Below, piece by piece: positions 30,362 to 40,264 of a DNA stretch of 64,000 nucleotides (position 1 is its first letter; the number at the start of each line of letters is the position of its first letter). The notes under the pieces were generated by a model that ran no database searches, was not told the origin of the DNA, and worked only from the letters and a program-made list of their open reading frames with translations. The DNA lies in contig CAWFJJ010000030.1 of the NCBI GenBank assembly GCA_963816185.1, positions 256,001 through 320,000 of the forward strand, in the 5' to 3' direction. Source of the DNA: Thermoanaerobaculia bacterium (GTDB lineage: Bacteria; Acidobacteriota; Thermoanaerobaculia; UBA5066). The position numbers and the translations under genes were made by a program.

Positions 30362-31579
30362 TCAGTTCTCCTTGCCGTGCTCCTTCTCTTTCTCCTTGCC
30401 CGGCGGATTCCCCTTGGCAGCGGGCGGAGGACCCTGCGGCTTGGGCTGCACGCGCTGCACGTTGGGCTGTCTCTCCACGTGGGCGGGAGGGGGTTGGTGG
30501 ACGGAGTTGAGCTGTGCCTGAGCGACGGGCTTCTCGTGTCGCTCGTGCGACGGCGGAGGCGGTGGTTGATGGGCCGTTGCCGCCTGCTCGTGCTTGACGT
30601 TCTTCTCATGAGAAGGCTGGGATGGTGGTTGATGGACCGTGGCCGCCCGCTCGTGCTTGATGTTCTTCTCATTCGAAGGCGGAGGCGGCTGCTGATGGAC
30701 CGTCGCCTTCTCGTGCCGCTCGTGCGAAACCGGGGGCGGCTGGAACGCCCGCTCGGACTTGGAGGGCATCGTGCGCGAAGCCTGCGACGGAGCGCGCTTC
30801 TCGTGCTCCGAGATCAGTTTCGCCCGCTCGCCTGCGGGGACGACGACCGAGGCTCGTTTCCCCTGTAGGGACGTGCGGATCGGGACCGCCTGCGTTTTCG
30901 CGTGGGCGAGGCTCACGCGCTGAATCCGCTTCCCGGCGACGCGTTCGACCTGCGAGATCGGCGGGCCGCCGGCGGACAGGGCGCCGCCCTGGACCGCGAA
31001 CCGCGTGACGGGTCGCGAGCGCGCGATGAACGTCGCGTTCTGGGTGACCGGAACGCGCACCGAGCTCACGTTGACGCCCGCGAACTGCCGGGCCGGCACG
31101 AATACATACGCGCTGCGCGACACGGTCACCGCCGGGCCGACGTAACCCGAGATCCCGACGGCGAAGCTCGGCGGGACGGGCGCCCATCCGAAAGCGTCGT
31201 CCGTGATGTACCACGTCACCCAGGCGGGGGCCCAGACGGTCCCTGGAATCCAGATCCATCCGTCGTCGGCGGTGTCGACCCACGTTCCGTAGTGATACGG
31301 GTCGCCGCCCCACGGGTCGAACGAGACCCAGGTCCAGCCGTCCTCCGTGTAGACCCACTCACCGTCGAGATAAGGCTGCCAGCCCACGGCGACGTGCCGG
31401 GGGTGCCAGCAGCGGCCGTAGCTTCCGACCGTGACCCAGTCGCCGTAAGGCGCGAGCGAGTCGTAGAAGAACCCGACGCTGACGGAAACGGACGCGCGCG
31501 CGGGCTGCGCCGGCACGGCGACGCCGACGGCGACAGCCAGAGCGAGTACGAGGAAAACGACGCGATTTTTCAATCGCAT
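30362..31579 (-). CDS. DUF6600 domain secreted protein with Pro/His/Gln-rich tail
   Basis: Signal peptide; FYDSLAPYGDW, WQPYLDGEWVYTEDGWTWVS.DPWG..PYHYGTW, WAPAWV, GWAP.PP. Confidence 0.85.
   Translation of the reverse strand: MRLKNRVVFLVLALAVAVGVAVPAQPARASVSVSVGFFYDSLAPYGDWVTVGSYGRCWHPRHVAVGWQPYLDGEWVYTEDGWTWVSFDPWGGDPYHYGTWVDTADDGWIWIPGTVWAPAWVTWYITDDAFGWAPVPPSFAVGISGYVGPAVTVSRSAYVFVPARQFAGVNVSSVRVPVTQNATFIARSRPVTRFAVQGGALSAGGPPISQVERVAGKRIQRVSLAHAKTQAVPIRTSLQGKRASVVVPAGERAKLISEHEKRAPSQASRTMPSKSERAFQPPPVSHERHEKATVHQQPPPPSNEKNIKHERAATVHQPPSQPSHEKNVKHEQAATAHQPPPPPSHERHEKPVAQAQLNSVHQPPPAHVERQPNVQRVQPKPQGPPPAAKGNPPGKEKEKEHGKEN
30530..30730 (-). repeat. ~63-nt tandem coding repeats (HExAATxHQPPxxPSxEK)
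   Basis: TCGTGCTTGAyGTTCTTCTCAT recurs at ~30588 and ~30651; about three units. Confidence 0.75.
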
Positions 31580-31628
31580 GTTCTTCACCTCCTTCGGGCT
31601 CTTTTGTTACAAGTCGCGTGCCAGAAAC

Positions 31629-33227
31629 CTAGAAACCCTGGGAAGCCGAGAAAGAAACCAGGAGGCCCCGGCGACCGAACGGGTCGCGATCCAGGGCGTA
31701 CGCGAAGTCGATCCGGTAGACGTTGCTCGTGGGCGCGCGGCTGATCGACATCCTGAGGCCCACCCCCGCGTCCGTCTTGAAACTCGAAGGGCGAAGAGGC
31801 GTGCCCGGAGGAGCCGCCACGCCGGTATCGACGAAGAACGCCACTCCCGGCGAGAAGAGATGGAGCATCTCCTTGCCGAGGAAGACACGCTGTTCGAGGT
31901 TCACGATCATCCGTTTGTCGCCCGCGAACGAAAAGAGGCGGTAGCCGCGCAGGCCCACGAGCCCGTCCGCGATGAACTGGACGTCCCGGTCGAGGTTCCA
32001 GCCCTGGTCGTACCGGAGCTTCGCGACGACGGTCTGGAGGTGGCGCGTCGGGAGCTTCTCGACGACGTCGAGGGACGCCGAGACGATCTCGTTCTTCGGG
32101 CCGCCGTTCAATCTCGTTTCGTACGACACCGAGGCCAGGACGAATCCCTTCTCGCCCAGCCTCGTGCCCCGTCCCGCCTTGAGCCGCACGAACGCCGTGT
32201 TTCCGGCCGACCCGAGGAATTCGGGCGCGAACCCGAATCGCCCGGACAGTCCCCACCCCAGGTTGAAATCCTCCACCCTGAGATCGCGGTTCACGTAGTT
32301 CAGCTTCATCAGGTCGTTCTCGGCGAGCTCGTAGCCGACGAAGACGGTGCGGAACGTGCGCGGGTCTGGAAGGAGGTCTCCCGGCCTCTCGGGAAGCGCT
32401 TCGAACCGGTCCTCGACGACCTCCACGCCGCCGGAGAGCCGATGGGCTCGCGCCTCCGACCTGCTGAGGGCCCAGCCCGCCTCGAGGGTCACGCCGCGAT
32501 GATCCTGGTGGTAGGCGGCGTTCACGTCTTCGTCCGCGTATGTACGCGTCGTCTGGCCGAAAACGTCCAGGGCGAACTCGTGCGACTGCGGGCTCGACAG
32601 GGACGCAAACGGGTGGCTCACCTCGGCGCGCGTCCTGTGGCCGTCGGAGTCCCAGCCTTGAGAGAAGCGTCCGCTCCAGTAAGAGCCCAGGAGATACGGG
32701 TCGAAGTATTCCAGGACTCGCGTGATCCGCTGGATCTCCTTGTTGTAGCCGAAGGAGAGCTCTCGTCCCCTCCCCAGGAGGTTCCTCTCGAGGAGCTGGA
32801 GGCCGTACGTCGTCTGCCCGCCGTTGCTCGCGATCGGGATGCCGGGAAGCAGCGACCACGAGTCCTGCGTGACCACGAGGACGTCGACGAGCCCTTCGTG
32901 CGGCGCGCCGGCGGTCACCGCCGCGGACTTGAGAAACCCGAGGTCCCTGAGGTTCTTCTCGGTCTCCTCGAGCTTCCGGGGGTCGTAAGAATCCCCCTCT
33001 CTGAAGAGCAGGAACTTCCGGATGACGGACGGCCGCGTCGTGACGTGCGCCCGGTTCATCGCGCGGTAAAGCCGGGAAGTCGCCTCCTCGGGAGAGAAGA
33101 CGTTCACGGTCTTGATCGTGATCTTGCCGATGCGGAGCGGAGGGCTCTCCGCTTCCTCGGCCCCGAGGCGGAGCGCGGTCAGGAGGACGAGGCTGAGGGC
33201 CGTCGCCGCGCTTCGCCGGAGCGGCAT
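31629..33227 (-). CDS. BamA/TamA (Omp85) family outer membrane protein with POTRA domain
   Basis: TRPSVIRKFLLFREGD..LEETEKNLRDLGFL, ERNLLGRG, LRGY, FFVDTG, GVGLR, C-terminal Phe. Confidence 0.88.
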   Translation of the reverse strand: MPLRRSAATALSLVLLTALRLGAEEAESPPLRIGKITIKTVNVFSPEEATSRLYRAMNRAHVTTRPSVIRKFLLFREGDSYDPRKLEETEKNLRDLGFLKSAAVTAGAPHEGLVDVLVVTQDSWSLLPGIPIASNGGQTTYGLQLLERNLLGRGRELSFGYNKEIQRITRVLEYFDPYLLGSYWSGRFSQGWDSDGHRTRAEVSHPFASLSSPQSHEFALDVFGQTTRTYADEDVNAAYHQDHRGVTLEAGWALSRSEARAHRLSGGVEVVEDRFEALPERPGDLLPDPRTFRTVFVGYELAENDLMKLNYVNRDLRVEDFNLGWGLSGRFGFAPEFLGSAGNTAFVRLKAGRGTRLGEKGFVLASVSYETRLNGGPKNEIVSASLDVVEKLPTRHLQTVVAKLRYDQGWNLDRDVQFIADGLVGLRGYRLFSFAGDKRMIVNLEQRVFLGKEMLHLFSPGVAFFVDTGVAAPPGTPLRPSSFKTDAGVGLRMSISRAPTSNVYRIDFAYALDRDPFGRRGLLVSFSASQGF

Positions 33228-33340
33228 GACGGTCTTTTCACCCTGAAGACTCTTCCCCATGCCTCGGCCTGAAGCAAGAACCCGGCCTCATGGCATGCGG
33301 ACGGGCACAACTCCGAGGAGTCTGGCACCGTAGCTCTCCC

Positions 33341-34462
33341 ATGAGACCCACTGCGAAACTTGGACTGCCGGCTCTCGCGGCCCTCGCCGCGCTGTCCGGG
33401 TGCTCGACGTTCGAGCCGCCTCCAGGCTATGCGATCTCAGAAAAGAGCTGGAACGCGCGCCTCGTGCGCCGGGGCGTCGCGCCCGCCGAGGCCCCGAACC
33501 CGATGGCCCTGACGCCCGAGATGGCGCTCGCCGCCCGCGATCTGGCAGGCGCCGGGACCGAGAGCGAGCGCCTCGGGCGCCTCCGCCAGGCGCTCCTCGA
33601 CGGGAAGACGTTCTCGTTCGAGTACGCGAAGTACTCGACATTCACGTCGACCGAGGCGTTCGAGGCCCGCCGCGGAAACTGCGTCTCCTTCACGAACCTC
33701 TTCATCGCGCTCGGGCGTTCGCTCGGCAGCCGCCTGCAGGCGGCGCTCGTCTCGACGCGCGGTTCGTCCGAGCTTCAGGGCGATCTCATCGTGACCCACG
33801 ACCACATGGTCGCGGTCCTGCCGGCGCGCGGCATTCAAACGGTTTGGGTGTACGACTTCTTCCAGGGGGTCGAGGAGCCGATCGGACAGCTCATTCCCCT
33901 CGACGATCTCGAGGTCGCCGCCATCCTCGCGAGCAACGCGGGCGTCGAGCATCTCAGGCGAGGCGAGAATGCCGAGGCGCTCCGGGAACTCGGTCTCGCG
34001 GTGAAGCTCGGCCCGAGGCGCGGCGCCATCTGGGCGAACCTCGGCCTCGCGGCGCGGCGAATGGGCGACATTCCGGCCGCGTTCGCGGCGTATCGCAGCG
34101 GGCTCGAGGTGGACGCCAGCTCTCCCCTGCTCCACCAGAACCTCGCGGCTCTCTACGTCGAGGAGGGCCGCCAGGCCGAGGCGCGCGCCGCTCTTGCCTC
34201 GATCGACACGACGCGGGCGTCCCCGTATGCCTTCCTCGTGCGCGGCGACCTCGAGATGGTGGGCAGACGTTTCGAAGGGGCGATCGCGAACTACCGGAAG
34301 GCGGCGAGGGCCGACCCGAAGCTCGTCGAGCCGTGGCTCGCGATCGCGCGGACGGAGATGATGCGGGGCCGGCCCGCCGCCGCGCGCAAGGCGGTGGAGA
34401 AAGCGCTCGAGCGCGATCCCGGGAATGCGGAAGCGCACCGCCTCCTCGACGAGATCCGCTGA
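33341..34462 (+). CDS. lipoprotein with transglutaminase-like domain and TPR repeats (paralog 1)
   Basis: Lipobox LSGC; RRGNCVSFTNLFIALGRSLG (Cys), HMVA (His), YDF (Asp); TPR motifs. Confidence 0.85.
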   Translation: MRPTAKLGLPALAALAALSGCSTFEPPPGYAISEKSWNARLVRRGVAPAEAPNPMALTPEMALAARDLAGAGTESERLGRLRQALLDGKTFSFEYAKYSTFTSTEAFEARRGNCVSFTNLFIALGRSLGSRLQAALVSTRGSSELQGDLIVTHDHMVAVLPARGIQTVWVYDFFQGVEEPIGQLIPLDDLEVAAILASNAGVEHLRRGENAEALRELGLAVKLGPRRGAIWANLGLAARRMGDIPAAFAAYRSGLEVDASSPLLHQNLAALYVEEGRQAEARAALASIDTTRASPYAFLVRGDLEMVGRRFEGAIANYRKAARADPKLVEPWLAIARTEMMRGRPAAARKAVEKALERDPGNAEAHRLLDEIR

Positions 34463-34478
34463 CGCAGGCGGTCAGCGG
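34456..34478. repeat. hairpin over the stop codon, duplicated at 35693-35715
   Basis: CCGCTGAC-7 nt-GTCAGCGG at both paralog ends. Confidence 0.7.
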
Positions 34479-34571
34479 CCTGCAGCGCCCCGGCCTGCAG
34501 CTTCTCTTCGAGCGCGACGGCGAGGTACTGTTGTTAGGGGTCACGGACGTGCCTGGACTATGGTGTTCTCT

Positions 34572-35699
34572 ATGTGCCCGATCGTTCAGCGCTCCCTGAA
34601 GCTTTCCGTCGCCGCGCTCGCGGCGGTCCTCACGGCCTGCGTGTCGCTCGATGCGCCGGTCGGTTTCACCATAGACCGCGAGCGGTGGAATGCGGGGGTA
34701 ATCCGGCGCGGTGTCGACCCCACTGAAGCGCCGAACCCGATGGAGACGACGCCCGCGATGCGGGCAGCGGCGAGGGAGCTCGGCGGCGTGGGAAGCGACG
34801 AGCAGACGCTCGGGCGTCTGCACGCGGCCCTCCTCGACAGCCGCGACTTCACCTTCGAGTACGAGAGGATCTCGACGTTCTCGGCCTCCGAGGCCTTCGA
34901 GAACCGGCGAGGTAACTGCGTCTCCTTCACGAACCTCCTCATTGCCCTCGCACGTTCTCTCGATATCCAGGTTCAGGCGGCGCTCGTCTCGACGCGCGGC
35001 ATTTCGGAGCGCGAGGGCGACGTCATCGTGACGTACAACCACATGGTCGCCGTCCACCCGGTCGCGGGACGTCTGGACTTCAAGGTCTACGACTTCTACC
35101 GCATGCCCGAGGAGCGTGGCCCGGCCCTCACGATCCTCGACGACTTCTCCGTGGCCGCGATCCGCGCGAGCAACGACGGGGTCGCGCACCTCGGCCGCGG
35201 CGAGTACGCGGAGGCGGAGCACGACCTCGAGATCGCCGTGAAGCTGGGGCCGCAGCTCGGATCGCTCTACGCGAACCTCGGCCTCGCGAAATGGCGCAAC
35301 GGGGACGTGGCCGGCGCCTTCGCGGTCTTCCGGAAGGGCCTCGAGGTCGAGCCCCGCTGCTCTCCCCTCCTCCAGAACCTCGCGGCTCTCTACCTCGACC
35401 AGCACAGGCCGGCCGAGGCGCAAGCCGCGCTGGCCGCGCTCGACGTGCACCGCGCCTCACCGTACGTTCTCATCGTCCGTGGGGACCTCGCGCTGCGCGA
35501 GGGCAACGTCAAGGACGCGATCCGGAACTACCGGAAGGCCGCAAGCCTCGATTCGAAGCTCGCCGACCCGTGGCTCGCGATCGCGCGCGCCGAGCTTGCC
35601 CGCGGGCGTCACGACGCCGCCCGCAAGGCCGCGCGAAAGGCGCTCAAGCGCGATCCCAAGAGCGCGGACGCGCGGCGCCTCCTCGATGAGATCCGCTGA
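34572..35699 (+). CDS. lipoprotein with transglutaminase-like domain and TPR repeats (paralog 2)
   Basis: Lipobox LTAC; RRGNCVSFTNLLIALARSL, NHMVA, YDF; collinear with paralog 1, both ending LLDEIR. Confidence 0.85.
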   Translation: MCPIVQRSLKLSVAALAAVLTACVSLDAPVGFTIDRERWNAGVIRRGVDPTEAPNPMETTPAMRAAARELGGVGSDEQTLGRLHAALLDSRDFTFEYERISTFSASEAFENRRGNCVSFTNLLIALARSLDIQVQAALVSTRGISEREGDVIVTYNHMVAVHPVAGRLDFKVYDFYRMPEERGPALTILDDFSVAAIRASNDGVAHLGRGEYAEAEHDLEIAVKLGPQLGSLYANLGLAKWRNGDVAGAFAVFRKGLEVEPRCSPLLQNLAALYLDQHRPAEAQAALAALDVHRASPYVLIVRGDLALREGNVKDAIRNYRKAASLDSKLADPWLAIARAELARGRHDAARKAARKALKRDPKSADARRLLDEIR

Positions 35700-35708
35700 C
35701 GCGGACGG

Positions 35709-37169
35709 TCAGCGGCTTGACGCGAGGGAACGACCTTGTTCGAACCCGCCCCCGAGTGCCCGGACGAGGTTCACGCTCGCGATCATGTGGCGGGTGTGCA
35801 GGTCGACGGCCGTGCGTTCGTTCGCGAGGGCGACGCTCTGGGCGGTGACGACCTCGAGATACGTCGTGATGCCGCCCTGGTAACGGTTCACGGCGAGCTT
35901 GAGGGAGCGCTCGGCCGCGGCGACGGCGGCCGCCTGCTGGGTCTCCTCGAGGGCGAGAAGGCGCAGGGCGGCGAGCTGGTCCTCGACCTCCTGGAAGGCC
36001 GTGAGGGCGGTTTCGCGGTATGCGCCCACGGCCGCGTCGTACTCGGCGCGGCGCTCCTCCGTGACCGCGCGGCGGCGGCCCGCGTCGAAGAGCGTGGCGA
36101 GGGCCGAGGGGCCGAGCGACCACACGAAGGCCGGTGCCGTGAAGAGCTTCGACAACGTGGTGCTCACGAAGCCGGCGGAGGCATTGAGGGAGACGGTGGG
36201 GAAATACGCCGCGATGGCGACGCCGATGAGCGCGCTCGCGGCGGCCGCGCGGCGCTCGGCGGCGGCCACGTCGGGCCGGCGCTCGAGGAGCTCTGAGGGC
36301 AGGAGGCCGGGGATGACGGGCGGAGCCACGGCGATCTTCGCGGGCGGGATCGTCAGGTCGGCCGGCGCCTTGCCGACGAGGAATGCGATCGCGTGCTCGG
36401 TCTGGGCCCGCGCGATGCCGACGTCGATCACCTGCGCGCGCGTCGTCTCGAGCAGCGTCTCGGCCTGCGCCACGTCCACGCCCGACACGACGCCCTGGTC
36501 GTGGCGGTTTACGGTGAGCTTGAGGGCCTCCGCCTCGGCGTCGGCGTTCGTCGTCAGAAGGGCGATCTGCGCGTCGAACCCGTGGAGCTGGTACCAGTCG
36601 ATGGCGAGCTCGGCCTGCATGGAGAGCCGGACGTTCTCGAGGTCCGAGGCGGCGGCCTCGGCGCTCGCGACGCTCGACTCGACGCCCCGCCTCACGCGCC
36701 CCCAGACGTCGAGCTCCCACGACGCGTCGCCGGACGCGGCGTAGGTCGTGGCCGTGACTGGGGTCGTCGTCGTGCCGTCCGGGGCGGCGCGAGTCGCCGA
36801 CGTCCGAGCCCGGGTGACGGCAGCGGCCCCGGTCACCGTCGGATAGATGTCGGCGCGCGTCTGCCTCAGGATGGCGCGAGCGGCGCGGTAGCGGGCCTCG
36901 GCCTGCGCGATGGTCGTGTTGGCCGACGAGAGCTGCTCCTCGAGCGCGTCGAGCTCCGGATCGCCGAAGATCTTCCACCAGGCGCCGCGCGGGAAGGCAT
37001 CCGCCGGCTGGGCGACCTTCCATTCGGACGCGTCGACCGGCGCCTCCTTGAAGGCGGCGGGCTCGACGGTCGTGGGCTTCACGTAATTCGGACCCACCGC
37101 GCACCCGGGCACGAGAAGCGCGAGGGCGAGCGCGACGGCGCCGCGGAGAGGATCAGGTCGCGGGCTCAT
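35709..37169 (-). CDS. RND efflux outer membrane lipoprotein (NodT/OMF family)
   Basis: Lipobox VPGC, WWKIFGDPEL, SWELDVWGR, LPSELLERRPDV, LVRALGGG. Confidence 0.95.
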   Translation of the reverse strand: MSPRPDPLRGAVALALALLVPGCAVGPNYVKPTTVEPAAFKEAPVDASEWKVAQPADAFPRGAWWKIFGDPELDALEEQLSSANTTIAQAEARYRAARAILRQTRADIYPTVTGAAAVTRARTSATRAAPDGTTTTPVTATTYAASGDASWELDVWGRVRRGVESSVASAEAAASDLENVRLSMQAELAIDWYQLHGFDAQIALLTTNADAEAEALKLTVNRHDQGVVSGVDVAQAETLLETTRAQVIDVGIARAQTEHAIAFLVGKAPADLTIPPAKIAVAPPVIPGLLPSELLERRPDVAAAERRAAAASALIGVAIAAYFPTVSLNASAGFVSTTLSKLFTAPAFVWSLGPSALATLFDAGRRRAVTEERRAEYDAAVGAYRETALTAFQEVEDQLAALRLLALEETQQAAAVAAAERSLKLAVNRYQGGITTYLEVVTAQSVALANERTAVDLHTRHMIASVNLVRALGGGFEQGRSLASSR

Positions 37170-40100
37170 GAGACAGGTCCGGGGCCGCGGGGCGACGGCG
37201 CCGGGTTCTCTCCCAGCGCAGGCGCATGCGGTCGAGATAGAGGTAGATGACGGGCGTCGTGTAGAGCGTCAGCATCTGGCTGAAGATCAGGCCGCCCACG
37301 ATCGCGATGCCGAGCGGATGGCGCAGCTCCGCGCCCGTGCCGCCGCGAAGCGCGAGCGGCAGGCCGCCGAGAAGCGCGGCCATCGTCGTCATCGTGATCG
37401 GCCGGAACCGCAGGAGACAGGCCTGGAAGATCGCGTCCTCGGGCTTCTTGTTCTCCTTGCGCTCGGCCTCGAGCGCGAAGTCGATCATGAGGATCGCGTT
37501 CTTCTTGACGATGCCGATGAGAAGGATGATGCCGATGAGAGCGATCACGCTGAGGTCTGTCCCCGTGACGAGAAGAGCCAGGAGCGCGCCCACGCCGGCC
37601 GACGGCAGCGTGGAGAGGATCGTGACCGGGTGGATCAGGCTTTCGTACAGGATGCCGAGGACGATGTAGACGGCCACGAGCGCCGCGAGAATGAGAATCG
37701 GCTCGTTGCGAAGAGACTCCTGGAACGCCTTCGCCGTGCCCATGTAGCTCGCGCGGATCGCGGACGGAACGCCGATCTCGCTCTTGGCCTTGTCGATCTC
37801 CTTCACCGCGTCGCCGAGCGCGACTCCGGGCGCGAGGTTGAAAGAGAGCGTCACCGAGGGGAACTGTCCCTGGTGGTTGATGGCGAGCGGCGCCGTGGAG
37901 CGCTCGAACCGCGTGAAAGCCGAGAGCGGGACCTGCGTCCCGTCCTTCGCCTTCACCCAGATCGACTTGAGGCTCTCGGGATCCTGCCAGAACTTCGGGT
38001 CGACCTCCATCACGACGTGGTACTGATTCAGCGGCGTGTACATCGTCGACACCTGCCGCTGGCCGAACGCGTCGTACAGGGCGTCGTCGATCTGCTGCGG
38101 CGCGATGCCGAGGCGCGAGGCCGTCGGGCGGTCGATGACGACCGTCGCCTCGAGGCCCTTCATCTGCTGGTCGGTGTTGAGGTCCGCGAGGCCCTTGACG
38201 GACCGGAGCCTCTGAAGAACCTTCGGCGCCCAGACCTCGAGATCCTTCTGGTTGTCGGCGGAAAGCGTGTACTGGTACTGGGCGCTCGACGCGAAGCCGC
38301 CGATGCGGAGGTCCTGCACCGCCTGCAGGAACAGGCTGCCGCCGGCCACGGACCCGAGCTGCCCTCTCAGGCGCCCGATGATCTGGTCCGCGCTTTGTTT
38401 GCGCTCGCGGACGGGCTTCAGCGTGACGAACATCCGGCCCTGGTTCAGGACACCCTGTCCGCCCGCGAACGCCTGCACGTACTGGACGGCGGGGTCCTTC
38501 ATGACGACGTCCACGAAGGCCTTGACGCGCCTTCGCATCGCCGAAAAGGACGTGTTCTGGTCGCCCAGGATGGAGCCCGAAAGGCGGCCGGTGTCCTGCT
38601 GCGGGAAGAAGCCTTTCGGCACCTTGATATAGAGGAAGATCGTCGCCGCCATCGTCGCGAGAGTCACGGCGAGCGTGAGCGGCTGATGCCGCAGCACCCA
38701 GCGGAGCGACGTCTCGTAGCGGTCGAGGATCCACCGGAAGCCGCGCTCGCTCGCGCGGTACAGGCGGCCGTGCCTCTCCTCCTCTTTTCCCTTGAGCAGC
38801 CAGGCGCACATCATCGGGGTCGTCGTGAGCGAGATGAGCATCGAGACGAAGATCGCGACCGACAGCGTCACGGCGAATTCGCGGAAGAGCCGGCCCACGA
38901 TGCCGCCCATGAGGAGGATCGGAGTGAACACGGCGATCAGCGACATGCTGATCGAGAAGACGGTGAACCCGATCTCGCGCGCCCCCTCGAGGGCGGCCTC
39001 GAACGGCTTCATGCCCGCTTCGATGTGCCGCGTGATGTTCTCGATGACGACGATGGCGTCGTCCACGACGAAGCCGGTCGCGATCGTCATGGCCATGAGA
39101 GACAGGTTGTCGATGCTGTAGCCGAGGAGATACATCGCGCCGAACGTTCCGATCAGCGAAACGGGCACGGCGACGCTCGGGATGAGCGTCGAGCGGACGC
39201 TCCTGAGGAACGCGAAGACGACGAGGGTGACGAGGGCGATCGAGATCAGGAGGGTGATCTCGACTTCCCTCACGGACGACCGGATCGTCTCCGTCCGGTC
39301 GAGCATGACGGTGAGAGCGATCGTCGGCGGCAGCTCGGCCCTGGAGCTGCGGCACGAGGGCGTAGATGCGGTCGACGGTCTCGATGATGTTCGCGCCCGG
39401 CTGCCGGAAGACGATGATGAGAATCGACGGCTTGCCGTTCGCGAGGCCGGTCGTCCTCACGTCCTCGACGGAATCCGTGACTTTGGCGATGTCGGAGAGC
39501 CGGAGAGCCGCCCCGTTCTTGTACGAGACGACGAGCGGCTCGTACTGGGCGGCCTTGAAGAGCTGGTCGGTCGCCGCGATGGACCAGAGGCGGTCCCCGC
39601 GGCCGACGTCGCCCTTCGGCCGGTTCGTGTTCACGCTGAAGAGGAACGACCTCACGTCCTCGAGCCCGAGGCCGGTGCGCGAGAGGGCCGTCGGGTTCAC
39701 GTCCACCCGCACCGCCGGAAGCGCGCCCCCGCCCACGAAGACCTGGCCGACGCCCGGAACCTGCGCGAGCTTCTGCTGGAGGACGGACGACGCGATGTCG
39801 TACATCCGCGACCTCTCGACCGTGTCCGAGGTCAGGCCGATCAGCATGATCGGCGCGTCGGCCGGGTTCACCTTCCGATAGCGGGGATTGTTCGGGAGGT
39901 TCGACGGGAGCTGGCCGCGCGCCGCGTTGATCGCCGCCTGGACGTCCCTCCCGGCGGCGTCGATGTTTCGCGTCAGGTCGAACTGGATCGTGATCGACGT
40001 CGAGCCGAGCGAGCTCTGCGACGTCATCTCCGTGATCCCCGCGATCCGCCCGAACTGCCGCTCGAGCGGCGTCGCGACCGACGAGGCCATCGTCTCGGGG

Positions 40101-40264
40101 CTCGCGCCGGGCAGGTTCGCCGAGACCGAGATCGTCGGGAACTCCACCTGCGGAAGCGGCGCCACCGGGAGAAAGAAGTACGCGATGCCGCCGGCGAGCG
40201 CGAGCGCCACGGTGAGGAGGCTCGTGCCGACGGGCCGGCGGATGAACGGAGCCGAGAGGCTCAT
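37166..40264 (-). CDS. mdtC: RND permease MdtC-like (frameshift near 39340)
   Basis: [58 protein letters not shown]. Confidence 0.88.
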   Translation of the reverse strand: MSLSAPFIRRPVGTSLLTVALALAGGIAYFFLPVAPLPQVEFPTISVSANLPGASPETMASSVATPLERQFGRIAGITEMTSQSSLGSTSITIQFDLTRNIDAAGRDVQAAINAARGQLPSNLPNNPRYRKVNPADAPIMLIGLTSDTVERSRMYDIASSVLQQKLAQVPGVGQVFVGGGALPAVRVDVNPTALSRTGLGLEDVRSFLFSVNTNRPKGDVGRGDRLWSIAATDQLFKAAQYEPLVVSYKNGAALRLSDIAKVTDSVEDVRTTGLANGKPSILIIVFRQPGANIIETVDRIYALVPQLQGRAAADDRSHRHARPDGDDPVVREGSRDHPPDLDRPRHPRRLRVPQERPLDAHPERRRARFADRNVRRDVSPRLQHRQPVSHGHDDRDRLRRGRRHRRHREHHAAHRSGHEAVRGRPRGGARDRVHRLLDQHVADRRVHSDPPHGRHRGPALPRIRRDAVGRDLRLDAHLAHDDPDDVRLAAQGKRGGEARPPVPRERARLPVDPRPLRDVAPLGAAASAAHARRDSRDDGGDDLPLYQGAERLLPAAGHRPPFGLHPGRPEHVLFGDAKARQGLRGRRHEGPRRPVRAGVRGRTGCPEPGPDVRHAEARPRAQTKRGPDHRAPERAARVRGRRQPVPAGGAGPPHRRLRVERPVPVHAFRRQPEGSRGLGAEGSSEAPVRQGPRGPQHRPADEGPRGDGRHRPPDGLAPRHRAAADRRRPVRRVRPAAGVDDVHAAESVPRRDGGRPEVLAGSREPQVDLGEGEGRDAGPALGFHAVRALHGAARHQPPGTVPLGDALFQPRARSRARRRGEGDRQGQERDRRSVRDPRELHGHGEGVPGVSSQRADSHSRGARGRLHRPRHPVRKPDPPGHDPLHAAVGRRGRAPGSSRHGDRPQRDRSHRHHPSHRHRQEERDPHDRLRARGRAQGEQEARGRDLPGLSPAVPADHDDDDGRASRRPAARASRRHGRGAAPSARHRDRGRPDLQPDADALHDARHLPLSRPHAPALGENPAPSPRGPGPVS

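Noticed and set aside
26893-30730. Diversity-generating retroelement (target gene 3' end, repeat copy and RT in DGR-like order)
   Set aside because: Differences between the two DUF6600 tails are not adenine-specific (C/T, G/C, A/G and C/A changes, mostly third positions, plus indels). The RT has retron NAxxH/VTG motifs and its own msr-msd.
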